Source of the DNA: Blastocystis sp. Blastoise
Taxonomy: Eukaryota; Protista; Bigyra: Opalinata
Reading direction: 5' to 3'
NCBI GenBank assembly: GCA_039096225.1
Contig: JBBPEB010000024.1
Location: 310,001-374,000 of the forward strand
DNA: 64,000 bases
Shown here: positions 41,627 to 56,860 of the stretch, piece by piece
Position numbering within the stretch: position 1 is the stretch's first letter
Layout of the letters: each line of letters opens with the position of its first letter
The notes under the pieces: generated by a model
The model's database searches: none
Seen by the model: the letters and a program-made list of their open reading frames with translations, nothing else
Told to the model about the DNA's origin: nothing
Position numbers and translations under genes: made by a program

Positions 41627-42174
41627 ACAAAATTTGTTATTTTCGTTTTTAACTAGCAAACAAAAGCACAGAATTCAAGAATGGCAATAAGAAATAAATT
41701 TTCTATATAATATATAAATTGATGATAAATATAAAACATAAATAAAATAAATAAAAATTAAATAAATAATTTTAATAGGAAAAAAAGAAAAAGAGAAAAT
41801 GTGTCAATGTAATAAAGAAACAAATAGATATATTTATATACCTTCAATATTGCTTTGATTTGTTATTTGGAAGAGGTATAGACAATAATAACCAAGAAAC
41901 CTAAATGAATTAAAAAAGGAATTAGATAAAATACCTTATAAGAATCAAATCAACGATTCCATGTTATAAATGTATTTGAAATAGACCAAGGAGACTGTTT
42001 GAAAGGAAGAGGAAATCCAAAATGGGGAATCTAAAAGAATAATGTAAAATAATATGATATATTAGATAAATAAATACTTACACAGCATTAGGATTGCTTA
42101 AAAGCATCTATAGTCCTCGTAATAAGTTCTATTTCTACATAGAGACAACAAATTAAATATAAAAATGTATTCAT
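36817..42174 (-). CDS. Filamin/Ig-like repeat protein with a possible signal peptide, over 20 exons, carried inside the hAT-like element; probably starting to decay
   Basis: Spliced exons give repeated filamin motifs: TAGSIYPLQL, YDIYITVDGIPIHYSPF..VTHG..PSNT, FEIYFRDEYNN, VNGLSVINTPFQLSV, FTLIVRDRYYN, AGTLTYMYIYTRDIYDDG, TTGIEFNCTFHPRDIYGN. Tentative start MNTFLYLICCLY|MLLSNPNAV. Both ends are uncertain; two in-frame stops in the 5' exons. Confidence 0.72.
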
Positions 42175-44021
42175 ATTTAAATTCAAATCTTTCAGTCAAA
42201 TACTAAAAATATTCTTAAAAATACATTTTTTATTCTTCAGTTTTTTTTTGAGATATTCTATTAAGATTATTAGTTTTAACGCGTCAGACAATACATTATT
42301 TACACAATTCTATTGTATCCCACTACTTTTAGCTTCTCAAAAATAACTCATTTTCTTTGACTTTCTGATCTGTTTATATACTCGTCTAAAAACTACTGTT
42401 TTCAACTTCAAATGCTTTTCTATTACATAAAATTACTCTAATAGCAACTTTTAAAACGACTTTTATTTGATACTAAAAAATAACTGCTTAGTTTAAACTT
42501 CTGACAAAAGTTTTTGATGCGGAACCTTTAATTATACTAAAATATAATGTAAAAACTATTCTAAAATCTTTTTGTGCTTTGATATATAACAAAATATAAA
42601 CAGACTCAGTTTTGGACAAGAAAATTATTCCCGTAAATACAAAAGAATCAAAACTCTGGTCTTTTATTCAGCCAAACAAATAGGCTCGGTTCATTCTTTC
42701 AGTGTAAAAAAATAATTTTTTGACTTTTTGACTTGGTTGTCGTTTTGACTCATAGATGTCATTTTATTCACTTTTACACATGTTTATGAATTTAAGAGGT
42801 CTTTCACTTTGAACAGAGCTATAAAAAATTCTAAAATATTGACCCCATTATTGTCAAAATGGCGACTTAGAATGAAACAGAAACGTTTTTGATATTGTAT
42901 AACACTTTAGAATAATATAAAGATGTCAATTCATTGATAAAATATGCTTAATAGTTTTTTTGAGTCTAAATCATTAATCTACATAAAACTTTCCTGAAAT
43001 ATTCTTCTTTTGTATTCAAGTCTTTTATTTATTGAATTATTATTGATTAAAAATGTTCTTATGCAAAAATAAGCCATGAAAAAGCTTTAAATAGTCAAAA
43101 GTACCTATCAGTGAGAGAAATCACAATCTGGCTTCAGTTTATCGAATTCAGCCGAATTAAGCATGGCTGAAAAAAGTGTCACAAAAGTGTCGCCGCAAGT
43201 GTCACAGACACTCGGGAAGGCACTGATAAAAGGTAAATTGAGGATATTTCTCAATAAATTCTCTAGAAATCCATAATTTCGTCTCATCTTGAAACGTAAA
43301 TAAATCTAAAAACAATAAATCGTTTTTGTTGATATTTAAATACATTTCTCTTCGGTTAATAAAGACTCAGTGGTTGACATTACAAGAATTAAACTATAAT
43401 GATAACATAATCATACATTATTATACATAAGAAATATATTTTTATATAATTTGAGTAATAAATACTTTTAAAATGACTATATTATAATAAGAAAGTAATG
43501 AATTAATGTAAACAAGAGAAAATAAAACTCTGAAAAGAAAATTTTATTTTTTTCTAGGAAATAAATAAAAAATGACTTTAATGATTCAAATATTCGGAAC
43601 ATTTTATTTTTCTCATAAAAATATATATATTCACTTTTCAAGGTGATTCTCAAGTGTATTTTCGAATAATAATATATCATGTGTTCACATGAAAGTTTCA
43701 AATATATTTTTGATCAAGAATACCAAAAACATCACTAATTTCTTCCATCAAATTATTAAAAAGGAATAGATAATTCTTGTGATTATTGAGAATATACATA
43801 GAATTATTTATAGTATCAAATCACTAGCTTTCTTTCATGAAATTAACTTTTTAAACACACTTTTTCTTAAATTTATTATATAATTATTTTATTTTATATA
43901 TCAGACACATATAGATATATATATTTTGACTGTATACAATAGATTCAAACTTTTTATATAAACTATTTTTATATAGAAAAATATATAGTGTTTAATACAC
44001 TATGGACATTTTTTCAGGTTT

Positions 44022-44230
44022 CTGTCAAAAGGTCCAACGACTTTTTTGTTTTGGTTTCCCCAGTGGTGAGCAGTGAAAATTTTTAAATATGTAGCTGACA
44101 AAAGGTTATTTGATTTTTCTGTTTGGTTTCCCCAGTGGTGGAGCAGTGAAAAAATTTTAAAGGGTAGCTGACAAAAGGTCCAACGACTTTTTTGCTTTGG
44201 TTTCCCCAGTGGTGAGCAGTGAAATTTTTT
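44022..44230 (+). repeat. Subterminal 73-bp tandem repeats (about 3 copies), CACTA-like copy 1
   Basis: CTG(T/A)CAAAAGGT..TTTGGTTTCCCCAGTGGTG(G)AGCAGTGAAA units start at 44022, 44095 and 44168. Confidence 0.92.
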
Positions 44231-44518
44231 GTCAGAGTTTCAGTGATTTTATAAAATCGAAAAGCAGTGCAAAAGTATGACGCACCTTAAAACAATAATT
44301 GGCGAATAAAAATGGTTTTAAATATTCTCTATTTTTTCATTTATTGGCTTTTTTTATTCTTTTTGTGGTGTAATAATAAACGATATAACAAAACAAACAA
44401 ATTAAATATTATCAAATAATCATAAAAACAAATAATAGAAAACAATAATAATAAATATATAAAAAAAAGATAATAAAACATATAATAAATAATATAATAA
44501 AATATATATAATATTTAA

Positions 44519-45231
44519 TTTATAATATTTCAACCAGGACAGTTTCAGTCTTTAATTTGCATTTAAGCCTAACCAACCTATATAAAGAGATGATATTAGT
44601 TAAGTATTACTAATAATAATATATATATAACATTTTAAAATAATAATAAAATAAAAAATATATACCTTTTCTAATCATTACAAGACAGGCAAGGAATCAA
44701 AGACAAAGAACCATCCTATAAAAGATATATGATAAATAGTATAATGAATAAAACAATATAATTAAATATATATATATACTTTTTATAAACCATTCTCCAA
44801 TTGGCCAACAACGACAGCAACAGAACTTATGGAAACCTATATAAAGATAGAGTGAGTTGTAGAATATAATAATATATGATATAATAAAATAATATAGAAT
44901 AATAAAATATAAATATATACATTACTCCTATATAAATATAAAGTGGGGTTAGTTATATAATATGTAATAGATAATATAGATATATATGTACCTTTTATTC
45001 ATGTTGATTCCCTTCATTCTAGACCCAAGCAGCATAACTATAAAAATAATTAGAAAAAAGAAATATATATATATATACCTATAAGAGAACCATAACCACA
45101 CACAAGAAGGAGCAGAACACTTAAGGAGACCAGGAATAGCCACAGCAAGAAGCAGAGACAGCTACTATAGAAAATGAATGAATAGAGTAGAAAAAATAAA
45201 ATATAAAGAAACAGCAAACACCTACCATCAT
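44519..45231 (-). pseudogene. Chain of short, relatively GC-rich exons with canonical splice sites but no continuous ORF (cargo of CACTA copy 1)
   Basis: About 7 exon-like blocks bounded by GTA.. donors and ..TATAG acceptors. It starts MM|LSLLLAVAIPGLLKCSAPSC (signal-peptide-like) and then meets stops in every frame I tried. Confidence 0.45.
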
Positions 45232-47072
45232 AATAGTATCATATGATATGAAATAAAGTAATAATTTAATAATACATCATTATAATGATATAAGATATAA
45301 TAAAATAAATATGTGATAAGTCATGTAGGATTTTGTTTTGTTATAAAAGGGTGTAATAGGAATTTAGAAGATATAGCTGAAATAATGAAAATAAACATGA
45401 ATAATCTCATATCTACTAAATATAGAGAATCTTCATCATAAATAAAATGAATGGTTAAGAATAAAAGAGAAAGAGAAATTTTATTTCTATGAGGAAAATG
45501 GATATTGTTATTGTTATTTTCAATTTATCCTAATTATTATTAATACTATAAAAAATGTTTTATTTTAAAGAATTATATATTTATTTATCATTATAATGTT
45601 TTATAATTAGTTTAGACGACAGAAGAGTCATTTTTATAGTTAATTATCAAAATTATTCTTAGTATCACTTTGTAAGTATAACTTATTTTTTAAATAAACC
45701 TAGGCTATAATACAGACTTATAGAGAAGACCCTGAGACTTCTAATCCCAAAACAAAAGTGATTCATATAATTCAGAATGATTGTCTGAATCTTCATTTAG
45801 AGTATTAATTTGAGTCACATACTTTCAATAAAATGATTAAATAAAGAGAAAGATGATAAAAAAGGTCTAGAGTCAAAATTGTTATGAAATATCAACTTTT
45901 TAATCTATTTGTGTAGATTTTCAATTATTTTAATATCATAATATGACTGAAAAGAAACAAAAAACATTTTAAAGTCAATTAAGTCAACAATTGTAATCAA
46001 GTAAAAGTCTTTTAAAACCTCTTCATAAACTCAAAACGTATAGAGTGAGTGTTTTCCAGTTAAAATAATGTTTATTGTTACAATAATATCAAAAACAAAT
46101 CAAATTATTATTTTATAATTACTCAAGAACAACTTTTTCTATCAACTAAGGACTCATAGCTATCAAATATGCATATGAATAAGCAAAAATAATATTTTGT
46201 ATATTTTTAATTGAAAAGTCAGAATCGTGTTGATAGTTTACTATAAAACAAATGCAAAAATCACTTTTTTATCAAAAAAATGTTTAATCTCATTAATCGT
46301 TATATTCATGATTTATTCATTGTCTACTTACCGTGTTTAATCATCTTCAGTGATTTTTAGTGAAACTAAAATTATTTCAAATACATATTTTATTTTCAAT
46401 AATAACAGAAACGTCTCATATTGCATATTTAGTGTCTAAATGAAGTTTAAACATGACAGTGATATCAATTAATCAAAAATTATAAAATATAAAGAATCTC
46501 CATTTTTATGACTTGTCTTAAATCATGTTAAGAGTAAATGAATGAATAGTTTCATTAGTCATCTGTATGATTTTAGTATTATTTTCAAAATATTTTGTTT
46601 TTTAACAAGAATAAATTCTTAATTTATTGTTTATCAAGTCAAAAATGTATTTAAATGATTTTTTTCTACTGTACAAGGATACACTGATCATATGAAAAAA
46701 AAATTGCACAGAATCTTTTGATAATCTATTTTTGAAAATGAGAATTATTTTTTGGAACTAAACTAATATTTTACGTATAAACATTATAAAATCTCCTGAA
46801 CAATCTTTTGAGAAGATTCTGTGTTCGACAATACACTTAATTAAGTAATTGATAATTGTTGGAATATTTTTGTATTGAATAAACTGTTTTGAATGTTTCT
46901 ATGAATCATCTATATACAACTAATACATTTAATGATTAAATAAATACACATATAAAGAAAAAAATAGTAATTAACATAATTGATCTTCACCTCTCTGAAT
47001 ATATATTTTTTGAAAATCTTATACAATATGAATATTAAAACCTATATATACATAAAATAGTTATATAAACGA

Positions 47073-47140
47073 CCTTAAGACAGGAATTGAACCTGTTTTC
47101 AATCATAAATTGATTGAAACTTACCAATTTAAGCTTAAGG
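47073..47140 (-). ncRNA. tRNA-like cloverleaf with non-canonical geometry (68 nt)
   Basis: CCTTAAG/CTTAAGG 7-bp acceptor; CTTA-AATTGG-TAAG D arm; TTTCAATCA-ATTTA-TGATTGAAA 9-bp arm; ACAGG-TTCAATT-CCTGT T arm. All 25 pairs are Watson-Crick. Confidence 0.65.
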
Positions 47141-47149
47141 ATAATATAG

Positions 47150-51360
<4,211 letters not shown>

Positions 51361-52919
51361 AAAAATAATGAAAATAAATAATAAAATGAATTAGAATTCT
51401 AATTCAAGAAAAAAAAAAGAAAGTTAATAATAGATAGAATGAATATACGATAAGTATTTTATCATATAATATTACAGCAATATAAAAAATAAAAAGATAA
51501 GAGATAATTATAAAAATAAATAAATACATATATACTTTGAAAACAGTTTGACATCATAGACGTTGTTGACATGGACTGAAGAGGACTCTTATAACCACGG
51601 ACGAGCAGGAACCTATACATGCTAGAGAATGGGAGAATGTTAATATGGGTAAAGAATAAAAAATAGCAATATACATACAAGGGAACAGTCTGAAGTTAAA
51701 ATGAGCTTCTATTTTTAAAAATAAAGGCAAATAAAAATAGAATAAAAATAAAAAAAATATGTAACAAATGAAATATTTTCTAAGTCAATAGGCTCAATAG
51801 CGTATGGGTGTCTTCAGGTCTTAAAAGAAAAATCATTTTTGCGGGAATATCAAGAAATTCAAAAAAGTATATTTTCCCTCCTTTTTTCGCTGTCACTTTT
51901 TTTTAATATTTTTGACTTTATAGTATTAAAATCGATTCTTACAGGCATGTATAGACACTTTATACCACTTTTGAAACTAAAAATCAAATATTCAAAAATG
52001 AGTGAAAATCACAACAAGCAAGAAAAACAATTTTGTAAGCTGAGTATGTTGTGTATAAGTATGTCTAACAACAGAGATGATAAAAACGCACAACTCCTCT
52101 TGGTTTAGGACATAATTATGAATTCTCTTAAAAAAGCTATTTTAAACCTTAAAACGATACCCTGAACTATAAATCAAGTCCTGAATGATATTCTAAAGTC
52201 ATATTTTTAAAAACAGGTTTATTGACGATAATCAATAAACAAAAACAAGAGCTTCTGTTTTACTTTTCTTTTTTGAATTTTTAATTGTTTTGACTTTCTA
52301 GGGTAGTTGGCTAAAAGAATGCTGTCGTCTTTAGGCTAAAAAATTATGAATAAAAAAGTCAAGTCATTTTATTGTTTTTTCCTTGGGAAATCAAAAAGAA
52401 GAAATTTTTAGGTGTGTGTTGATTTAGGCTGTATAATGGTTTATATTGTAAAAGGACTTGACGAGAATGATTGAAATGATAATATATCACTCAGAGAATA
52501 CACAAATTTTAAAAACTTCTCACTCATGTAATCCATTCCTGAATTATAGACTTCAGAGAAAAAATTAAAGTCTTTTTGGTTTTAAACAGTCATTTTAAAT
52601 CATAAAACACTGTAAAATAGTCAATATTTAGAATGTCTATGATTATATAAATAAACAATATATTTTGTAGAGTTATTTTTAAGTTTTTCTCGTCAAAAAG
52701 AGAGAAACTTGACAAGTTGGCGGACACTCTTTTCTCGAGTTTAGGCCAACGTATTTTTGATTAAAAAATCCCAGTCATTTTGTTGTTTCTCTTACGGGAA
52801 ATAGGGTCAAAAAAACACAAAATGTCCATAGTGATATATAATAATTTTTTTTATTTATTTTTCATATAACACAAACCATACAACTTTATTTACATCACTA
52901 TGGACATTTTTTCAGGTTT

Positions 52920-53127
52920 CTGTCAAAAGGTCCAACGACTTTTTTGTTTTGGTTTCCCCAGTGGTGAGCAGTGAATTTCTTTAAATATGTTGCTGACAAA
53001 AGGTCCAACGACTTTTCTGTTTGGTTTCCCCAGTGGTGGAGCAGTGAAAAATTCTAAAGGGTAGCTGACAAAAGGTCCAACGACTTTTTTGCTTTGGTTT
53101 CCCCAGTGGTGAGCAGTGAAAATTTTC
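52920..53127 (+). repeat. Subterminal 72-73 bp tandem repeats (about 3 copies), CACTA-like copy 2
   Basis: Units start at 52920, 52993 and 53065, matching those of copy 1. Confidence 0.92.
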
Positions 53128-53379
53128 GTCAGAGTTTCAGTGATTATATAAAATCAAAAAGCAGTGCAAAAGTATGACGCACCTTAAAACAATAATTGGC
53201 GAATAAAAATGGTTTTAAATATTCTTAATATTTTCATTTATTAGTTTTTTTTTTTTTGTGGTGTAATAAATGATATTAAATTGAATTTAACAAACAAAAT
53301 ATAATGATAACCACGAATAATTTAAAACATCAAAAATAAAATGACAACTAATAATAAAAAAGCTATAAAATTATTAAAT

Positions 53380-54050
53380 ATATATAGAATTCTGGTTTTC
53401 GATAGATGATAATAATAAAAAGCACAACTTATATATTTCATTTCACATATCTATATAAGATAATATTAGTATTAAATACATTAAGTTAATAAATAATTAG
53501 CATAATCATAAATATGTTATTTATAAGATATAGAAGAATAGAAAACAATAATATACCTTAGTCATATCAGCATAAGTATTAGACAAATAACTCACTAAAT
53601 AGTCACCTATATAAATTGATAATCAGCAGGATTAATATAAGAATCGATAATAAATAAATACCTCAGTTATATATTTCATGATCTTACAAGAAATACCACT
53701 TTACACCAACATCAAATAGCCTATATATAGAACATAATAAGTAAAAAATGAAATAGATAAAAAAAGTTATATAAATGATAAATATATGCAACTTCATACT
53801 ATATAAATAAAAAGCTTGGTTATTTAAAAAAAAAGTAAAAAAGATATATATAATAGATATATACTTTATTGCCAATTGACTAATACTAACCCATTGCATA
53901 CTTTAAATCCATAAATAAAAGAATATAACAGAGATTCTAAGGTAATCATCAATAATCCACAGAATATACCAATTTCTATAGAAAACAAATAGTTATATAT
54001 TAGAAGCAATAAAAGAAATACGTAATTATTCATTAAGTCACTAAACAATA
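53380..54050 (-). pseudogene. Exon-like chain with canonical splice sites and no continuous ORF (cargo of CACTA copy 2)
   Basis: Repeated plus-strand CTATA....ATAC boundaries (minus-strand introns) around short, more complex blocks, e.g. EIGIFCGLLMITLESLLYSF..NWQ*. Confidence 0.35.
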
Positions 54051-54287
54051 TAAGTAAACATAAGTTCTGTTATACAAAAGCTATTAACAACAGATAAAAA
54101 TATTAAATAATACAATTTTATGTGTAATGTGGATTGCTTTAATAATATATGGATAGAAAAATAATCCAATAATATGTGTTAAATAATAAAAGAAATACAA
54201 TTTGATGATACTGCGTCAAATTGACTGAGTAGTTGTCATTACTAAATGAATGGTTATCATAACAAAAAAAAATCTTTATTCTAATAA

Positions 54288-56860
54288 CTGTCAAACGCGT
54301 ATCGTTTTTTTCTCAAACGCGTATTTTCTCACGATTATATGTTTTTCTTTTTTGTTATATCTTTATTATAAAATATCTTTTTTTAGTTTGATGAAGAGAT
54401 TTACAATATATTTATCAATATAAAAAGAATGCCTAAACTGAAGCCAAAAAGAGTCTCTCAACAAAAAGAAAATAATACTCTAAAAATTCCGTCTCAACAT
54501 GATATACTAAAGACAATAGACGATAACATAGAGCTCATATATCAAGATGGATTTGTTTTATGTGATGAACCAATAACACCTAAATTTACTCCAGCTATCT
54601 CAATATTGAATGAAAACCGTCTTTATTCGTTGCTTGACTCGTTTTTATTAATCATTAATGATGCATTCTTGGACATACTTTTAAAATTTATTAATGAAAA
54701 AATATGTACATATAACTTATTAAAGCACAAAAAATATGGGTCAATAAGTAAAAATGAACTTTATCAGTTTTTTGGATTTTATTTTGCCTTAACTTCAGAG
54801 GATGTACCAAAGAAAAGAAATATAGAAATAGCATTTCGTTCTGTCTGTAAACAAATAAGCAATGATAAATCTATAACATATTCTCGATATAAATTTATAA
54901 AACAACAAGTATTATTGTCCTGTTTTCAGATTAACACTCTTTGCTCCTTAATTTCTGAGAATTGTCAAAAACTTTTCATTTCTTTTAATACAGTTGCTAT
55001 TGATGAAACAATGATATCATATAAGATGTCAACTGGAAGAAAAAAAGTGTTAGAAACTATGGTAGAACCTACAGGTCTTCGTCATATGGAACGTAAACCA
55101 CATCCTGATGGTTTTTTGATTTATCAAATGGCTACATATATTAAAAATTACGAAAAGAAAATTCCTTTTTCTCTTGGTATGTTTTGTGTTTTTGAAGAAC
55201 AAAATGCTACTCCTGTAGAAGCTCTTAGAGAATTATTAAGCTAGTATATATATATATATTATTAACAATAAAATTCTTTTTTTTTTAATTATTATTAACA
55301 TTATTATTAGCTGAATCTTTTTATTATTATATTCTATTCGTTATACTAAATCTTAATATATTTTTTTGTTTTACTTTTTCTCCTGTTGAAAATAATAAAT
55401 TATTTCATAGTGTTCAGAATAGAAAAGATCTGCTCATTGTTGCTGATTCTGCATTTGGTACACGTGATGGTTTGAATACAATTGCTAGTTTTCAGTTTGA
55501 ATCGCTTGTGTCTACACAAAATGCAATTTTTAAAAAATATTCTTTAGCCTTAACTTATGGATTATTAGTTGGAAACCAAAGAATTTTCTTTAACAAACAA
55601 AATGAATTTCTTTCTGTAAAACATGTTGAACATCATGAAGATAAGAATTACATTTGTATTTCCACTTCACTATATGATCTTGATGGTGCTATGATTCTTC
55701 AAAATTTAAAAAAAATCTCATTTAGTATGCATATATATATTATTTTTAATTGCTTTTCTTTAACACTATCTTAGTATATTTGTAATAGTACTTTTTATGT
55801 ATTTATTATATATGTTGTTACTCAATAAACTATAATATTTATATTTATATTAATTTAGCTGATAGTGATAAAAACCAACAGTTTCATACAAGAGAAATGC
55901 TAGAAAAAATGAACATTGATGAAATAAAAGGTTTGGCTGTCTTTCAAAAAATGTCTAAAAATTATTTAAATAAAAGTGATTTAATTTCAAAAGTGTTACA
56001 GTACGAAGAAAAACATTTCATTGGATTCCGTCATCAGGATGTTTTGAGTGGTTTTAGTAATGGAAATAGGTATATATTTAACAATTCAATCCATGAATAT
56101 TACCATGAATACTTTGGCTCAATTGATCAAATTGACAGAATTCTATATTCTATTCCACATGTTCACCCAATGAGATCAATGGAACTTAAAGCTTTCTTAA
56201 AAATGATTGATATTGTTTCAATAGATAGCTTTCATCTGTATACTTCGAAATGCAGTCATTATAACTATTTAGAATACCGAAAGAGACTTGGTATAAAGCT
56301 CATCAGAACATATCCTATTTATTAATTTTTATATTATTTCTAGTTTTCTTTCATTATATTTGCTTATCTATAATAGTATATCTATTCACAACACATATTG
56401 TAGCTTTTATGCCTGTAATGTAACAGATTAAAATTTTTGTTGTGTTTATTTCAGATAAAAAATATATTATCTAATTACAAATATGAATATAAACATGAAC
56501 CTAATATCAAAGGAGAAAAATAGAGACAAGCAACTTTATATCGTCAAGAATTATCATATTTGAATATTTATTTGTAACATAAAATGATATGAATTTATTT
56601 ATAAATGTGATTTAAAGCCTATAGCTGCTAAATAAAGAAGTCTTAATAGCTTTTTATTGAAAATGAAATAATTTGGATTGTCTAATTTTCTCTTCATCAG
56701 TAATCAAGGAGGTCAAGGTTTTTCTTGGTTTATATAACTACATATGATATGCTCCTGAAGGCAAAATAACTAAGCCAAATCAAACACTGGTGTGATTATT
56801 TAAAGAAAAATAATCGTGAGAAAATACGCGTTTGAGAAAAAAACAATACGCGTTTGACAG
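54288..56860 (+). mobile_element. piggyBac-like transposon (2573 bp), apparently intact
   Basis: 51-bp TIRs with one mismatch (CTGTCAAACGCGTAT(C/T)GTTTTTTTCTCAAACGCGTATTTTCTCACGATTAT). 4-bp TSD ATAA at 54284-54287 and 56861-56864. Internal DDD transposase. Confidence 0.93.
54429..56325 (+). CDS. piggyBac-family (DDE_Tnp_1_7 / PGBD-like) transposase, 3 exons, 531 aa
   Basis: Exons 54429-55243, 55411-55724 and 55859-56325 splice in frame (1596 nt). Catalytic motifs AIDETM, RHMERKPHPDG, IVADSAF, YHEYFGSIDQID. Confidence 0.9.

Larger units (their letters stand above)
34804..43225. mobile_element. Non-autonomous, cargo-carrying hAT-like DNA transposon (8422 bp)
   Basis: 8-bp TSD ATAAAAGG at 34796-34803 and 43226-43233. 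Imperfect 11-bp TIRs CAGCGACTTCC / CAGTGCCTTCC (rc). Clustered GTGACA motifs at the left end (34860-35235) and TGTCAC at the right end (43177-43206). It splits a host exon. No transposase ORF seen inside. Confidence 0.88.
31176..43380 (-). pseudogene. Paralogue of the BTB-LRR-like gene, interrupted in exon 2 by the 8.4-kb hAT-like insertion
   Basis: 5' part 43380-43226 encodes MSTTESLLTEEK|YLFTFQDETKLWISREFIEKYPQFTFY. 3' part resumes below 34803 with FYDIIGHSEKYEDGSYYID. Removing the element and one TSD restores a frame collinear with 26887-23029. Confidence 0.88.

Noticed and set aside
44022-44230. 73-bp repeats as CRISPR or tRNA array
   Set aside because: Whole units repeat next to a TIR in both copies; they are subterminal TE repeats.
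41653-45100. Alternative genetic code (TAA/TAG = Gln) suggested by in-frame stops in cargo exons
   Set aside because: MutS, IleRS, the TLDc gene and the transposase all end at TAA right after conserved C-termini, and I saw no internal TAR in the exons translated.
47104-47112. Cloverleaf as an ochre (UUA) suppressor tRNA
   Set aside because: The loop is centred on TTT; placing TTA at 34-36 would break the stem symmetry.
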